A stretch of DNA of 32,000 nt from the NCBI GenBank assembly GCA_038736825.1, contig JAVYME010000001.1, forward strand, positions 125,383 to 157,382, written 5' to 3'. The stretch is from Candidatus Iainarchaeum sp. Lineage in GTDB: Archaea > Iainarchaeota > Iainarchaeia > Iainarchaeales > DTGL01. This document shows positions 1 to 7,173 of the stretch, piece by piece. A program made the translations under genes and the position numbers. The notes beneath the pieces were generated by a model. The model was given only the letters and a program-made list of their open reading frames with translations, did no database searches and was not told where the DNA came from. Numbering within the stretch: the stretch's first letter is position 1; every line of letters starts with the position of its first letter.

Positions 1-1
1 C

Positions 2-223
2 CGCGCAATGGAAATTACAAAGGCAAAAAAAATTCCCTTTGTTGAAGCAAAACAGGAATTGGAAGAAATGGAGGAGGAAGAAAGAAAAAAACTCTTGCAT
101 TTTCTCGGCGTTAACATTCATGACTTGAAATACTTTGACTTGGTAATAAACGCAGACAAGCTTGAAATGGAAGGAATAACAGCAATAATAATGAAATTCA
201 TGAAAAACTTTAAGGTGAAATGA
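2..223 (+). CDS. cmk: cytidylate kinase (archaeal type), C-terminal fragment; gene runs off the 5' window edge
   Basis: The frame is open to the window edge. The tail ...FLGVNIHDLKYFDLVINADKLEMEG... resembles the C-terminus of archaeal CMP kinases. It sits directly upstream of L14e, as in the conserved archaeal cmk-L14e arrangement, and its stop overlaps the next ATG (ATGA). The call rests on a ~73-aa fragment only. Confidence 0.55.
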   Translation, partial: RAMEITKAKKIPFVEAKQELEEMEEEERKKLLHFLGVNIHDLKYFDLVINADKLEMEGITAIIMKFMKNFKVK

Positions 224-525
224 TGCCCGCAATAGAAATAGGCAGAGTGTGTTATCTTGAAAGGGGCAGGAATGCAGGCACAAAAGCCATAATTGCCGAA
301 AAACCAGAAGGCACAATCGTTACAGTGCTTGTTGGTGGAAAAAGAAAAAAATGCAATATCAGGCACTTGTTTCCAACAAAGGAAATTGTTGACATTAGAG
401 AAATAAAAGAAGCAAAAGTTGAAGAAAAAAAAGCAGAAAAACCAGAAAAACCAAAACAAGAAAAGAAAAGGAAAGAAAAAAATAAAGAAAAGGCAAAAGA
501 AGCCAAAAAAAAGAAAAAAAAGTGA
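220..525 (+). CDS. rpl14e: 50S ribosomal protein L14e (eL14) with K/E-rich C-terminal tail
   Basis: The KOW-like core MPAIEIGRVCYLERGRNAGTKAIIAEK...VLVGG is typical of eL14. A GGTGA SD-like motif lies upstream. About 40 aa of lysine-rich tail (EKKAEKPEKPKQEKKRKEKNKEKAKEAKKKKKK) follow the core. Confidence 0.85.
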   Translation: MMPAIEIGRVCYLERGRNAGTKAIIAEKPEGTIVTVLVGGKRKKCNIRHLFPTKEIVDIREIKEAKVEEKKAEKPEKPKQEKKRKEKNKEKAKEAKKKKKK

Positions 526-560
526 AAAAATAGCGTTAAAAAATGTGGAAAGGGAAAAAA

Positions 561-1076
561 ATGAAACAAGAAACCGCAAAAGAAGAAATGCGCTACATTG
601 TAAGGATTGCAGGAAAAGACCTTGACGGCACCAAACCAATATTTTCAGCCTTAAGGGGAATAAAAGGAATAAGCCACAGGTTTGCAAGAGTTGCAGCAAT
701 ACAATTCGAAAAAGAAACAGGCATCAAATTCGATTCAAGGCTTGGAACAATTCCAGAAAACCACGACAAAACCCTTGAAGCAATAATAACCGAACCAGAA
801 AAGCACGGTTTTCCAGAATGGATGCTTAACAGGAGAAAAGACTTTTACACTGGAAAAAGCAGCCACCTAATCATGGGCGACCTAGACTTTGCAAAAAGAG
901 AAGACATCAAAAGACTCAACATAATAAAAAGCTATAGGGGCTTAAGGCACAGCTGGGGCTTGCCAGTAAGAGGGCAAAGAACAAAAAGCACTCACAGAGG
1001 CAAAGGCCCAGTAGTCGGAGTCATGAAAAAAGAAGCCAAAAAGGGTGGCGGCGGCCAAAAAAAAGAAGGAAAGTGA
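561..1076 (+). CDS. rps13: 30S ribosomal protein S13 (uS13)
   Basis: The motifs RYIVRIAGKDLDG ... IKSYRGLRHSWGLPVRGQRTKSTHR are diagnostic of uS13. I prefer the ATG at 561 over the track start at 543, so the start is uncertain by a few codons. Confidence 0.93.
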   Translation: MKQETAKEEMRYIVRIAGKDLDGTKPIFSALRGIKGISHRFARVAAIQFEKETGIKFDSRLGTIPENHDKTLEAIITEPEKHGFPEWMLNRRKDFYTGKSSHLIMGDLDFAKREDIKRLNIIKSYRGLRHSWGLPVRGQRTKSTHRGKGPVVGVMKKEAKKGGGGQKKEGK

Positions 1077-1082
1077 CAATAA

Positions 1083-1832
1083 ATGGGCGACCCCAAACGG
1101 CAGAAAAAACACTATGAGCGACCCAAAAAAATCTGGGATAAAGCAAAAGTGGAAGAAAGAAGGCATTTCACAGAAGCCTATGGCTTGAAAAACAAGAGGG
1201 AAATCTGGAAAAGCGAAACATTCCTGAGAAAAAAAAGAGCCAGTGCAAGAAAGCTTTTAGCACAACCAGTGGAAACAAGAAAACAAAGAGAAAAAGAACT
1301 ATTGGAAAGCCTATTGAAAGTAGGCATCTTGAAAAAAAATGCAACACTGGACGACGTGCTCGGCCTAAAAGTAGAAGCAGTGCTGGAAAGAAGACTGCAA
1401 ACAATAGTTTGGAAGCAAGGACTGGCAGCCACGCTTAAACAGGCAAGACAACTAATAACACATGGACACATTGGAATAAACGGAAAAAAAATAACCGCTC
1501 CAGGCTACATTGTAAGAAAAGACGAAGAAACAAAAATAGGGTTTTTGGACAAAGCACTGGAAATAAAAATAAAAAAAGCAGCGCAAAAGAAAAAAGAAAC
1601 CTTGAAACCAGAAGGAAAAGGCGCAGAAAACAAGCCAGTGGAAACAAAAACAGTCGCTCAAGAAACAATGCCGAAAGAGGAAAAAACTGAAAAAAAAGAA
1701 GACATTGAAAAAGAAAAACCAGAAAAAAAGGAAAGCAAAGCAAAACCAGAGCAAGCAAAAACAGAAAAACCGCACAAAAAAGAAACAATCCAGAGAAAAA
1801 AAACAGGCAAGGAAGGGCAAAAAGGAGAGTGA
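1083..1832 (+). CDS. rps4: 30S ribosomal protein S4 (uS4) with ~85-aa K/E/P-rich C-terminal extension
   Basis: It has the N-terminal GDPKRQKKHYERP motif and an S4 RNA-binding domain (LERRLQTIVWKQGLAATLKQARQLITHGHIGINGKKITAPGYIV). The conserved S13-S4-S11 order supports the call. A long low-complexity tail follows roughly aa 165. Confidence 0.93.
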   Translation: MGDPKRQKKHYERPKKIWDKAKVEERRHFTEAYGLKNKREIWKSETFLRKKRASARKLLAQPVETRKQREKELLESLLKVGILKKNATLDDVLGLKVEAVLERRLQTIVWKQGLAATLKQARQLITHGHIGINGKKITAPGYIVRKDEETKIGFLDKALEIKIKKAAQKKKETLKPEGKGAENKPVETKTVAQETMPKEEKTEKKEDIEKEKPEKKESKAKPEQAKTEKPHKKETIQRKKTGKEGQKGE

Positions 1833-1838
1833 AAGGAA

Positions 1839-2228
1839 ATGGTTTCACAACGAGAAGGAATAATCCACATTTTTGCCTCACACAACAACACACTAATGCT
1901 CTTAACAGACATTACAGGCAGTGAAACACTTGCAAAATGCACTGGCGGCATAGTGGAAAAATCCGACCACAAGCACGGCTCGCCATACACTGCAATGAAA
2001 ATAGCTGAAATAATAGCAGAAAAAGCCAAAGAAAAAGGCATAACCAACGTAATAGTCAAAGTAAGAGCGCAAGGCGGCAACAAAAGCGCTTCCCCTGGAA
2101 AAGGAAGCGAAGCAGCAATAAGAAGCCTTACAAGAAACGGCATACGCATAAAATCAATAGAAAACGTAACACCAATACCGCACGATGGCTGCAGGAGAAA
2201 GAAAAAATTTAGATCAAAAAAGGGCTGA
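1839..2228 (+). CDS. rps11: 30S ribosomal protein S11 (uS11)
   Basis: The motifs GIIHIFASHNNTLMLLTDITG ... GSPYTAMKIAE ... IKSIENVTPIPHDGCRRKK match uS11. Confidence 0.93.
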   Translation: MVSQREGIIHIFASHNNTLMLLTDITGSETLAKCTGGIVEKSDHKHGSPYTAMKIAEIIAEKAKEKGITNVIVKVRAQGGNKSASPGKGSEAAIRSLTRNGIRIKSIENVTPIPHDGCRRKKKFRSKKG

Positions 2229-2233
2229 AAAAA

Positions 2234-2986
2234 ATGAATGTAAAAAAAATAAGCGAAGAAGGCAACACACTAGTGCTCTTAGTCAGCGGCACACACCCGC
2301 AATTCATGAACGCAATAAGAAGAATCGTAATGAAATCTGTTCCCACGCTTGCAATAGAAAACGTAACAATATACAAAAACGATTCAGTATTGTTTGATGA
2401 ATTCCTGGCAAGCAGGCTAGGCGCACTCCCAATAAAAATAAAAAAAAGCATGAAAAAAGGCGAAAAAGCCAAGTTTGTGCTAAAAGCAAAAGGCCCAAAA
2501 ATGGTTTACGCCAGCGACATAGAATCAAAAGATGACGATGTTGAAATAGTCAACAAAGAAACCCCATTGGTAAAACTAAAAGAAGGCCAAGAAATAAAAA
2601 TAGAAATGGAAGCAGTAATGGAATCAGGAAGAGAGCACGTAAAATGGCAGCCTGCAATAATATACTACAAAGAACTCCCCGAAATAAGCAACAAAAACGC
2701 CAAAATAAAAAACGCTCAAAAAATAGTTGAATCCTGTCCAAAAAAAGTGCTTGAAATAAAAGCCGGAAAAATAGTGATGAAAAACCCTTACGAATGCACT
2801 TTATGCGGTTATTGCGAAGACATTAGCGAAGAACAAATAGAAGTAAAAGCAAACTCAAACTCTTTCGTGCTCACAATAGAAACATTTGGACAGCGTGAAA
2901 GCACAAAATTGCTGGAAGAAGCTGCAGAAATACTCAAACAAAAAACTGAATCACTGGAAGAGGAGGCTGGCAAAAAAATAAAATGA
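2234..2986 (+). CDS. rpoD: DNA-directed RNA polymerase subunit D (Rpo3)
   Basis: The N-terminal motif HPQFMNAIRRIVMKSVPTLAIENVTIYKNDSVLFDEFLASRLGALPI matches Rpo3. An internal C-x21-C-x2-C-x2-C cluster fits the ferredoxin-like domain seen in some archaeal D subunits. The gene holds the canonical position after S13-S4-S11. Confidence 0.9.
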   Translation: MNVKKISEEGNTLVLLVSGTHPQFMNAIRRIVMKSVPTLAIENVTIYKNDSVLFDEFLASRLGALPIKIKKSMKKGEKAKFVLKAKGPKMVYASDIESKDDDVEIVNKETPLVKLKEGQEIKIEMEAVMESGREHVKWQPAIIYYKELPEISNKNAKIKNAQKIVESCPKKVLEIKAGKIVMKNPYECTLCGYCEDISEEQIEVKANSNSFVLTIETFGQRESTKLLEEAAEILKQKTESLEEEAGKKIK

Positions 2987-3007
2987 AAAAAAACAGCATT
3001 TCTTAAT

Positions 3008-3131
3008 GCAGGAGTACCCAAGCGGCCAAAGGGGCAGGACTTAAGAAAATGCTCAAAAAAAAACCCGGCATTTAAAGGTTGAGATATCCTGTGGCTTAGT
3101 GCCTTCGGGGGTTCGAATCCTCCCTCCTGCA
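3008..3131 (+). tRNA. tRNA-Leu (anticodon UAA) with a ~40-nt intron at the canonical 37/38 position
   Basis: I folded it by hand. The acceptor stem is GCAGGAG/CTCCTGC with discriminator A. The anticodon stem is CAGGA/TCCTG and the loop CU-UAA-G. The long variable arm (GGC-TTAGT-GCC) is typical of class II tRNAs. The T-arm is GGGGG-TTCGAAT-CCTCC. The stretch 3046..3085 (aaaatgctcaaaaaaaaacccggcatttaaaggttgagat) interrupts the anticodon loop. No CCA is encoded. Confidence 0.85.
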
Positions 3132-3167
3132 ATACAAGAAAAAAAAACTAGAAAAAAAAGTGGTTTT

Positions 3168-3530
3168 ATGAAAGAATTAAAGAAAAAAAAGGCAACAAAA
3201 GCCTTGCTGGCAGAACTGAAAAAAGCCTCAAATGAAAGAAAGGAACAGTTATGGGCAGACCTTGCAAAAAGGCTTTCAAAACCGTCAAGGCAGTTGCACT
3301 CAGTGAACATTGAAAAAATTTCAGCAATTGCTGGAAAAAACAAGGGCAAAACCATAGTGGTTGCAGGCAAAGCCTTGGGCAAGGGCGAAATGCTGGAAAA
3401 AGCAGAAGTAAGCGCCTTTGCATTCAGCAAAGAGGCAAAGGAAAAAATCAATTCCAACGGAAAAGCAATGGATTTATGGGAACTCATGGAATCCAAAAAA
3501 AAGGCAAGCGAAATCGTGGTTATATGGTGA
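3168..3530 (+). CDS. rpl18e: 50S ribosomal protein L18e (eL18)
   Basis: The motifs LWADLAKRLSKPSRQLHSVNIEKISA...GKTIVVAGKALGKG match L18e. The upstream part of the track ORF (3099..3167) overlaps the tRNA, so the ATG at 3168 is taken as the start. Confidence 0.85.
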   Translation: MKELKKKKATKALLAELKKASNERKEQLWADLAKRLSKPSRQLHSVNIEKISAIAGKNKGKTIVVAGKALGKGEMLEKAEVSAFAFSKEAKEKINSNGKAMDLWELMESKKKASEIVVIW

Positions 3531-3536
3531 AATGAA

Positions 3537-3956
3537 ATGGCAGTCATAGATGCTTCAAACCTTGTGTTTGGAAGAATTGCAAGCATTGCAGCAGAAAGAG
3601 CACTCAAAGGCGAACAAATAGACATAGTGAACGCTGAAAAAGCCATTATAATCGGCCACAAAGACTGCATTGTGGAAAAATTCAAAAAAAGGATAAGAAT
3701 GGGAGCAAAAGGAAATCCCGAAAAAGGCCCCAAATACCCGAAAACACCGCATGGCTTGCTAAGGCATGCAGTGAAAGGAATGCTGCCAGACAGAAAAGAG
3801 AGAGGCGTGAAAGCATTAAAGAGAGTGCGCGTATATGTTGGAATTCCAAAAAAACTGGAAAAAGAGCCAAGGGAAACAATAAAAATCGCACTATACAATG
3901 GAAAAGAGGAAGCTTCAGAGCTTGGAGAGATAAGCAAAGCACTTGGATGGAAGTGA
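3537..3956 (+). CDS. rpl13: 50S ribosomal protein L13 (uL13)
   Basis: The motifs VIDASNLVFGRIASIAAERALKGEQIDIVNAEKAIIIG ... GMLPDRKERG match uL13. The conserved L18e-L13-S9 order supports the call. Confidence 0.93.
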   Translation: MAVIDASNLVFGRIASIAAERALKGEQIDIVNAEKAIIIGHKDCIVEKFKKRIRMGAKGNPEKGPKYPKTPHGLLRHAVKGMLPDRKERGVKALKRVRVYVGIPKKLEKEPRETIKIALYNGKEEASELGEISKALGWK

Positions 3957-4368
3957 TTGTTTGACCAAAAAGAAAGGAATTACTGCAAAAGCGAAAAAAA
4001 AGGAAGCCAGGGCAAGAGCAGTGATAAGAAAGGGCACTGGCAAGATAAAAATCAACAAGTTAAACCTTGAATGCGTGGAACCAAAATATGTAAGGCTTTA
4101 CATTTCTGAACCGCTTGAACTGGCTGGCCCGCTTGCAAAAGAAGTGGACATAGATGTTTCCGTTAAAGGCGGCGGCTTCATGGGTCAAGCGGTAAGCGCA
4201 AGAGCAGCAATAGCGAAAGCGCTTTTGCGGATTCACAAGTCAAGCGAACTCAAGCAAAAATTCCTCAAATATGACAGAATGCTTTTGGTTGACGACCCGA
4301 GAAGGACAGAACCGAAAAAGCCGCTGGGCACTGGCGCCAGAGCCAAAAAACAGAAAAGCAAAAGGTGA
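3943..4368 (+). CDS. rps9: 30S ribosomal protein S9 (uS9)
   Basis: The motifs KKKEARARAVIRKGTGKIKINK ... DPRRTEPKKPLGTGARAKKQKSKR, including the typical C-terminal KR, match uS9. There is no in-frame ATG. Candidate TTG starts lie at 3943 (overlapping L13) and 3961, so the start is uncertain. Confidence 0.88.
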   Translation: MDGSDCLTKKKGITAKAKKKEARARAVIRKGTGKIKINKLNLECVEPKYVRLYISEPLELAGPLAKEVDIDVSVKGGGFMGQAVSARAAIAKALLRIHKSSELKQKFLKYDRMLLVDDPRRTEPKKPLGTGARAKKQKSKR

Positions 4369-4373
4369 ATTGA

Positions 4374-4568
4374 ATGATTGTTCCAGTAAGATGCTTTAGT
4401 TGTGGAAAAATTGTCGGAGACAAGTATGAAGTTCTAGTGAAAGAAGTGCAAAACGGAAAAAAGGCAGAAACAGTTCTTGACGAGCTTGGAATCAAGAGAT
4501 ATTGTTGCAGGAGAATGCTTTTGTCCCATGTGGACTTGATTGATGAAATAATAAAGTATGGAAAGTGA
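4374..4568 (+). CDS. rpoN: DNA-directed RNA polymerase subunit N (Rpo10)
   Basis: The sequence [19 protein letters not shown]...[17 protein letters not shown] is the classic Rpo10 zinc-bundle sequence. A GGTGA SD-like motif lies upstream. Confidence 0.92.
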   Translation: MIVPVRCFSCGKIVGDKYEVLVKEVQNGKKAETVLDELGIKRYCCRRMLLSHVDLIDEIIKYGK

Positions 4569-4572
4569 TTGC

Positions 4573-5253
4573 ATGGTTGAAAAAACTCTAGTGCCAGCAA
4601 AAGAATACCTTCAAACAGGAGCTCACATTGGCGCCAAATTCAAAAGCGATGGAATGCGCAAATACATTTTCAAGCACAGAAAGGACAGCCTGAAAGTCCT
4701 TGACGTCAGCACAATAGATGAAAGGCTGAGGATTGCAGCAAAATTCCTTTCCTCTTTTGAACCATCAAAAATCGCAGTAGTATCACAAAAAGAATACGGT
4801 CAAATAGCAGTCAAAAAATTTTCAGAACTGGTGGGTGCAAAAGCCATAACCGGACGGTTTGTGCCTGGAACCTTCACAAACCCTATCTCCAACAATTTCA
4901 TGGAACCGCAAGTGCTAATAGTGACAGACCCAAACAGTGACAGACAGGCAATAAGGGAAGCAAAAAAAATGCGTTTTCCGGTAATAGCCTTTTGCAGTAC
5001 AGACAATCAGACAAAAAACATAGATTTGATTGTGCCAATAAACAACAAGGGAAGAAAAAGCCTAGCACTCGCCTACTGGTTGCTTGCAAGAGAGATTTTG
5101 CGAGAAAAGGGCATTGTCAAAAAAGAAGCGGATTTCAGTGTAAAAATAGACGAATTCGAGTTTTCAATGGATGAAAAAGCACAACAAAAATACCGCCAGC
5201 CAGAAGAAGGCAAAGACCGCTTTGAAAGGCATGGAAAGCATTACAAGGAATAA
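4573..5253 (+). CDS. rps2: 30S ribosomal protein S2 (uS2)
   Basis: The motifs YLQTGAHIGAKFKSDGMRKYIFKHRKDSLKVLDV ... LIVTDPNSDRQAIREA match uS2. I chose the ATG at 4573, just after the rpoN stop. The track alternative at 4558 would overlap rpoN. Confidence 0.9.
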   Translation: MVEKTLVPAKEYLQTGAHIGAKFKSDGMRKYIFKHRKDSLKVLDVSTIDERLRIAAKFLSSFEPSKIAVVSQKEYGQIAVKKFSELVGAKAITGRFVPGTFTNPISNNFMEPQVLIVTDPNSDRQAIREAKKMRFPVIAFCSTDNQTKNIDLIVPINNKGRKSLALAYWLLAREILREKGIVKKEADFSVKIDEFEFSMDEKAQQKYRQPEEGKDRFERHGKHYKE

Positions 5254-5326
5254 TTGAAAAGGCTGTCAGGCAGCGTTTGCTGAAAAAAACCCCTGATTAA
5301 AAATTTTTTCACTGCATAAATTTTTT

Positions 5327-6118
5327 ATGAACGCGCGCATGCCGGCGGTTGCAGGACAGTTTTATCCGAAAAGCGAAAGCCAGCTTAAGAAAACCCTGGA
5401 AAACCTTTTCTTGAATGCAAAAACCACGCCCAGTTCGAGGGCAATAATTGCCCCGCATGCAGGCTACATTTACAGCGGGCGAACTGCAGCACTGGCGCAT
5501 GCACGGCTTGAAAAGGCTGAAACCTTTGTATTGCTTGGCCCCAATCACACCGGGCTTGGTCCAAGCATTTCGGTTTCTGAAAGCAGTGAATGGATTACGC
5601 CGCTTGGCAGAATAAAAACAGATGCTGTTATTGCAAAAAAAATAATTGAAAAATCTGCAGCAGAATTTGACTTGCTTGCACACATTGGAGAGCACTCTCT
5701 GGAAGTGCAATTGCCTTTTTTGCAGTATCGTTTTGGCGAATTCAAAATTGTTCCACTGACAATTGCATCTTGCAGTTTGAAAGAATTGCTTGAACTGGGA
5801 AATGCGATTGCTGAACTCAAAGGGGACATTGCGGTTATTGCCTCAAGCGATTTCTCCCACTTCATTCCACTCAAAAAAGCGAAGGAAAAAGACCTTGAAG
5901 CAATAGAATTAGCCTTAAAAGTAAATCCCGAGGGATTCCATTCCCTTGTCAGCCAAAAAAACTTGAGCATTTGCGGTCATAATGCAATAACTGTCTTGCT
6001 TCAATACTGTAAAAAGAAAGGATTGAAAAAAGGCGAATTGCTGGAATACTGCACTTCTGCTGACAGGACAGGCGACCAAAGCAGTGTTGTTGGCTATGCA
6101 GGCATTGCATTTCATTAA
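5327..6118 (+). CDS. MEMO1-family protein (AmmeMemoRadiSam system protein B-like)
   Basis: The N-terminal PAVAGQFYP and IAPHAGYIYSG motifs, plus HSLEVQLPFLQ and a C-terminal VGYAGIAF, are characteristic of the Memo/UPF0103 family. Confidence 0.8.
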   Translation: MNARMPAVAGQFYPKSESQLKKTLENLFLNAKTTPSSRAIIAPHAGYIYSGRTAALAHARLEKAETFVLLGPNHTGLGPSISVSESSEWITPLGRIKTDAVIAKKIIEKSAAEFDLLAHIGEHSLEVQLPFLQYRFGEFKIVPLTIASCSLKELLELGNAIAELKGDIAVIASSDFSHFIPLKKAKEKDLEAIELALKVNPEGFHSLVSQKNLSICGHNAITVLLQYCKKKGLKKGELLEYCTSADRTGDQSSVVGYAGIAFH

Positions 6119-6300
6119 AAACAAAAGCAAAGCACTAATGCAAAAAAATTGTTTGAAAAAGCAAAAAAAGGCATATAAAGCCATAAAAACAGCTTAAAAG
6201 GCTAAAAAAAGAAAAAAAGCCAAAAAAAGGGCTGAAAACAGCAAAAAACAAAAAAAAAGGCAAAAAACCCAAAAAACAGTATGTTTAAATAAAATTAACT
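6119..6300. other. purine-rich, T-poor low-complexity spacer made of recurring A5-A9 tracts separated by G/C
   Basis: Direct reading shows units such as gcaaaaaaagg, gctaaaaaaagaaaaaaagccaaaaaaaggg and caaaaaacaaaaaaaaaggcaaaaaacccaaaaaac. No ORF of 60 aa or more covers it. TATA-like AT-rich blocks follow at about 6284-6294 and 6321-6328, ahead of the regulator gene. Confidence 0.6.
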
Positions 6301-6380
6301 CGCTAATGTTATATGTAAAGTATATAAATGAGAATGTTGTTATAATATTGTTTGTTTTGGCTGGACAGGGATTGGTTTAT

Positions 6381-7121
6381 ATGGATTTTCGCGAAATTCA
6401 AGGGCTTCTTGCAAGACTGGGTTTGACTGAATACGAGTCAAAAACCCTTACAAGCCTTTTAAGATTGAACGAGGCAAAAGCGCCGGACATAAGCAGGGAA
6501 GCACAAGTGCCAAAAACCAGGGTTTACGATGTATTGGACAGCCTGGTGGCAAAAGACCTAATAATAGAAATCCAAGGGCGCCCTAAAAGATACCGTGCAA
6601 GAGAACCAGACAAGGTTTTCTCAGAATTGCTTAACAGCAAAAAGCAGGAAATAAGAGAGCTTGAAAACGAAACAGCCAGCCTTCAAGCAAAAATAGGTTC
6701 GGTTTTTTCCGAAGATGAAGTCGGAGAAAAAGTATTGAAAGTAAAAGAACCACAAGACTTTGTGAGAATCCTGGCACAAGAAATCAGCAAAGCCAAGAGC
6801 TCTGTAATAGCATTCACAGAAATCACTCCAAAACAGGCAGTGCTAAGGAACGCAATCGCCCAAGCAAAAGCAAACAAAGTAAACGTGAAAATGTTGCACG
6901 CCTTGGACGAAACAGACATTAGCAAAATAAAAGAACTCGGCGTTGAACTAAAAAAATCAAAACACGGCCTTGAAGCATTCATTATAGACGGAAAAAAGCT
7001 TGTCATGGCATTAAGCGATTTCAGCAAGGCACAGCCAGAATACCATTTTGCAATCTGGACAGACGCTCCAATCATAGGACCGCTAAACGACCATTTCTCA
7101 AAGCTCTGGAATGCAAAATAA
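6381..7121 (+). CDS. TrmB-family transcriptional regulator
   Basis: The sequence LGLTEYESKTLTSLLRLNEAKAPDISREAQVPKTRVYDVLDSLVAKDLI...GRPKRYRA is a TrmB-type wHTH followed by a coiled-coil linker. I prefer the ATG at 6381. The track start at 6306 would add an implausible AT-rich hydrophobic leader over the likely promoter. Confidence 0.75.
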   Translation: MDFREIQGLLARLGLTEYESKTLTSLLRLNEAKAPDISREAQVPKTRVYDVLDSLVAKDLIIEIQGRPKRYRAREPDKVFSELLNSKKQEIRELENETASLQAKIGSVFSEDEVGEKVLKVKEPQDFVRILAQEISKAKSSVIAFTEITPKQAVLRNAIAQAKANKVNVKMLHALDETDISKIKELGVELKKSKHGLEAFIIDGKKLVMALSDFSKAQPEYHFAIWTDAPIIGPLNDHFSKLWNAK

Positions 7122-7173
7122 CCAGAAAAAACCCCTTTTTAAACTATTTCTGCAATCTTTAGTTTGAAGTAAG

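Noticed and set aside
419-625. Alternative-frame K-rich plus-strand ORFs (419..625, 12444..12686, 15251..15490), possibly indicating programmed frameshifting in A-runs
   Set aside because: Any frame of a homopurine tract encodes K/R/E/N-rich peptides without stops. No slippery-site-plus-structure arrangement is visible, and the zero-frame products are complete conserved proteins.
118-1893. Several 100-190-aa minus-strand ORFs rich in F/L/C (118..699, 252..569, 1435..1893, 1452..1820)
   Set aside because: They are the reverse complement of the poly-purine K/E-tail coding tracts of L14e and S4, so they are pure compositional artefacts.
3053-3937. 294-aa minus-strand ORF
   Set aside because: It lies antisense to the well-supported L18e and L13 genes and overlaps the tRNA. 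Its F/S/L-rich composition is what an A-rich sense strand produces on the opposite strand. It has no motifs.
6116-6180. Stop-codon readthrough extending the Memo-like protein with a K-rich tail (KQKQSTNAKKLFEKAKKGI)
   Set aside because: The extension is short and ends at the next in-frame TAA. The resemblance to the K-rich tails is explained by A-richness, and there is no readthrough context or supporting evidence.
6306-6380. 25-aa N-terminal extension of the TrmB-like regulator (track start 6306)
   Set aside because: The extension is encoded by the AT-rich, TATA-box-like region (tatataaatg, ttataatatt). It would add a hydrophobic leader to a cytoplasmic wHTH protein, whereas MDFREIQGLL is a typical TrmB N-terminus.
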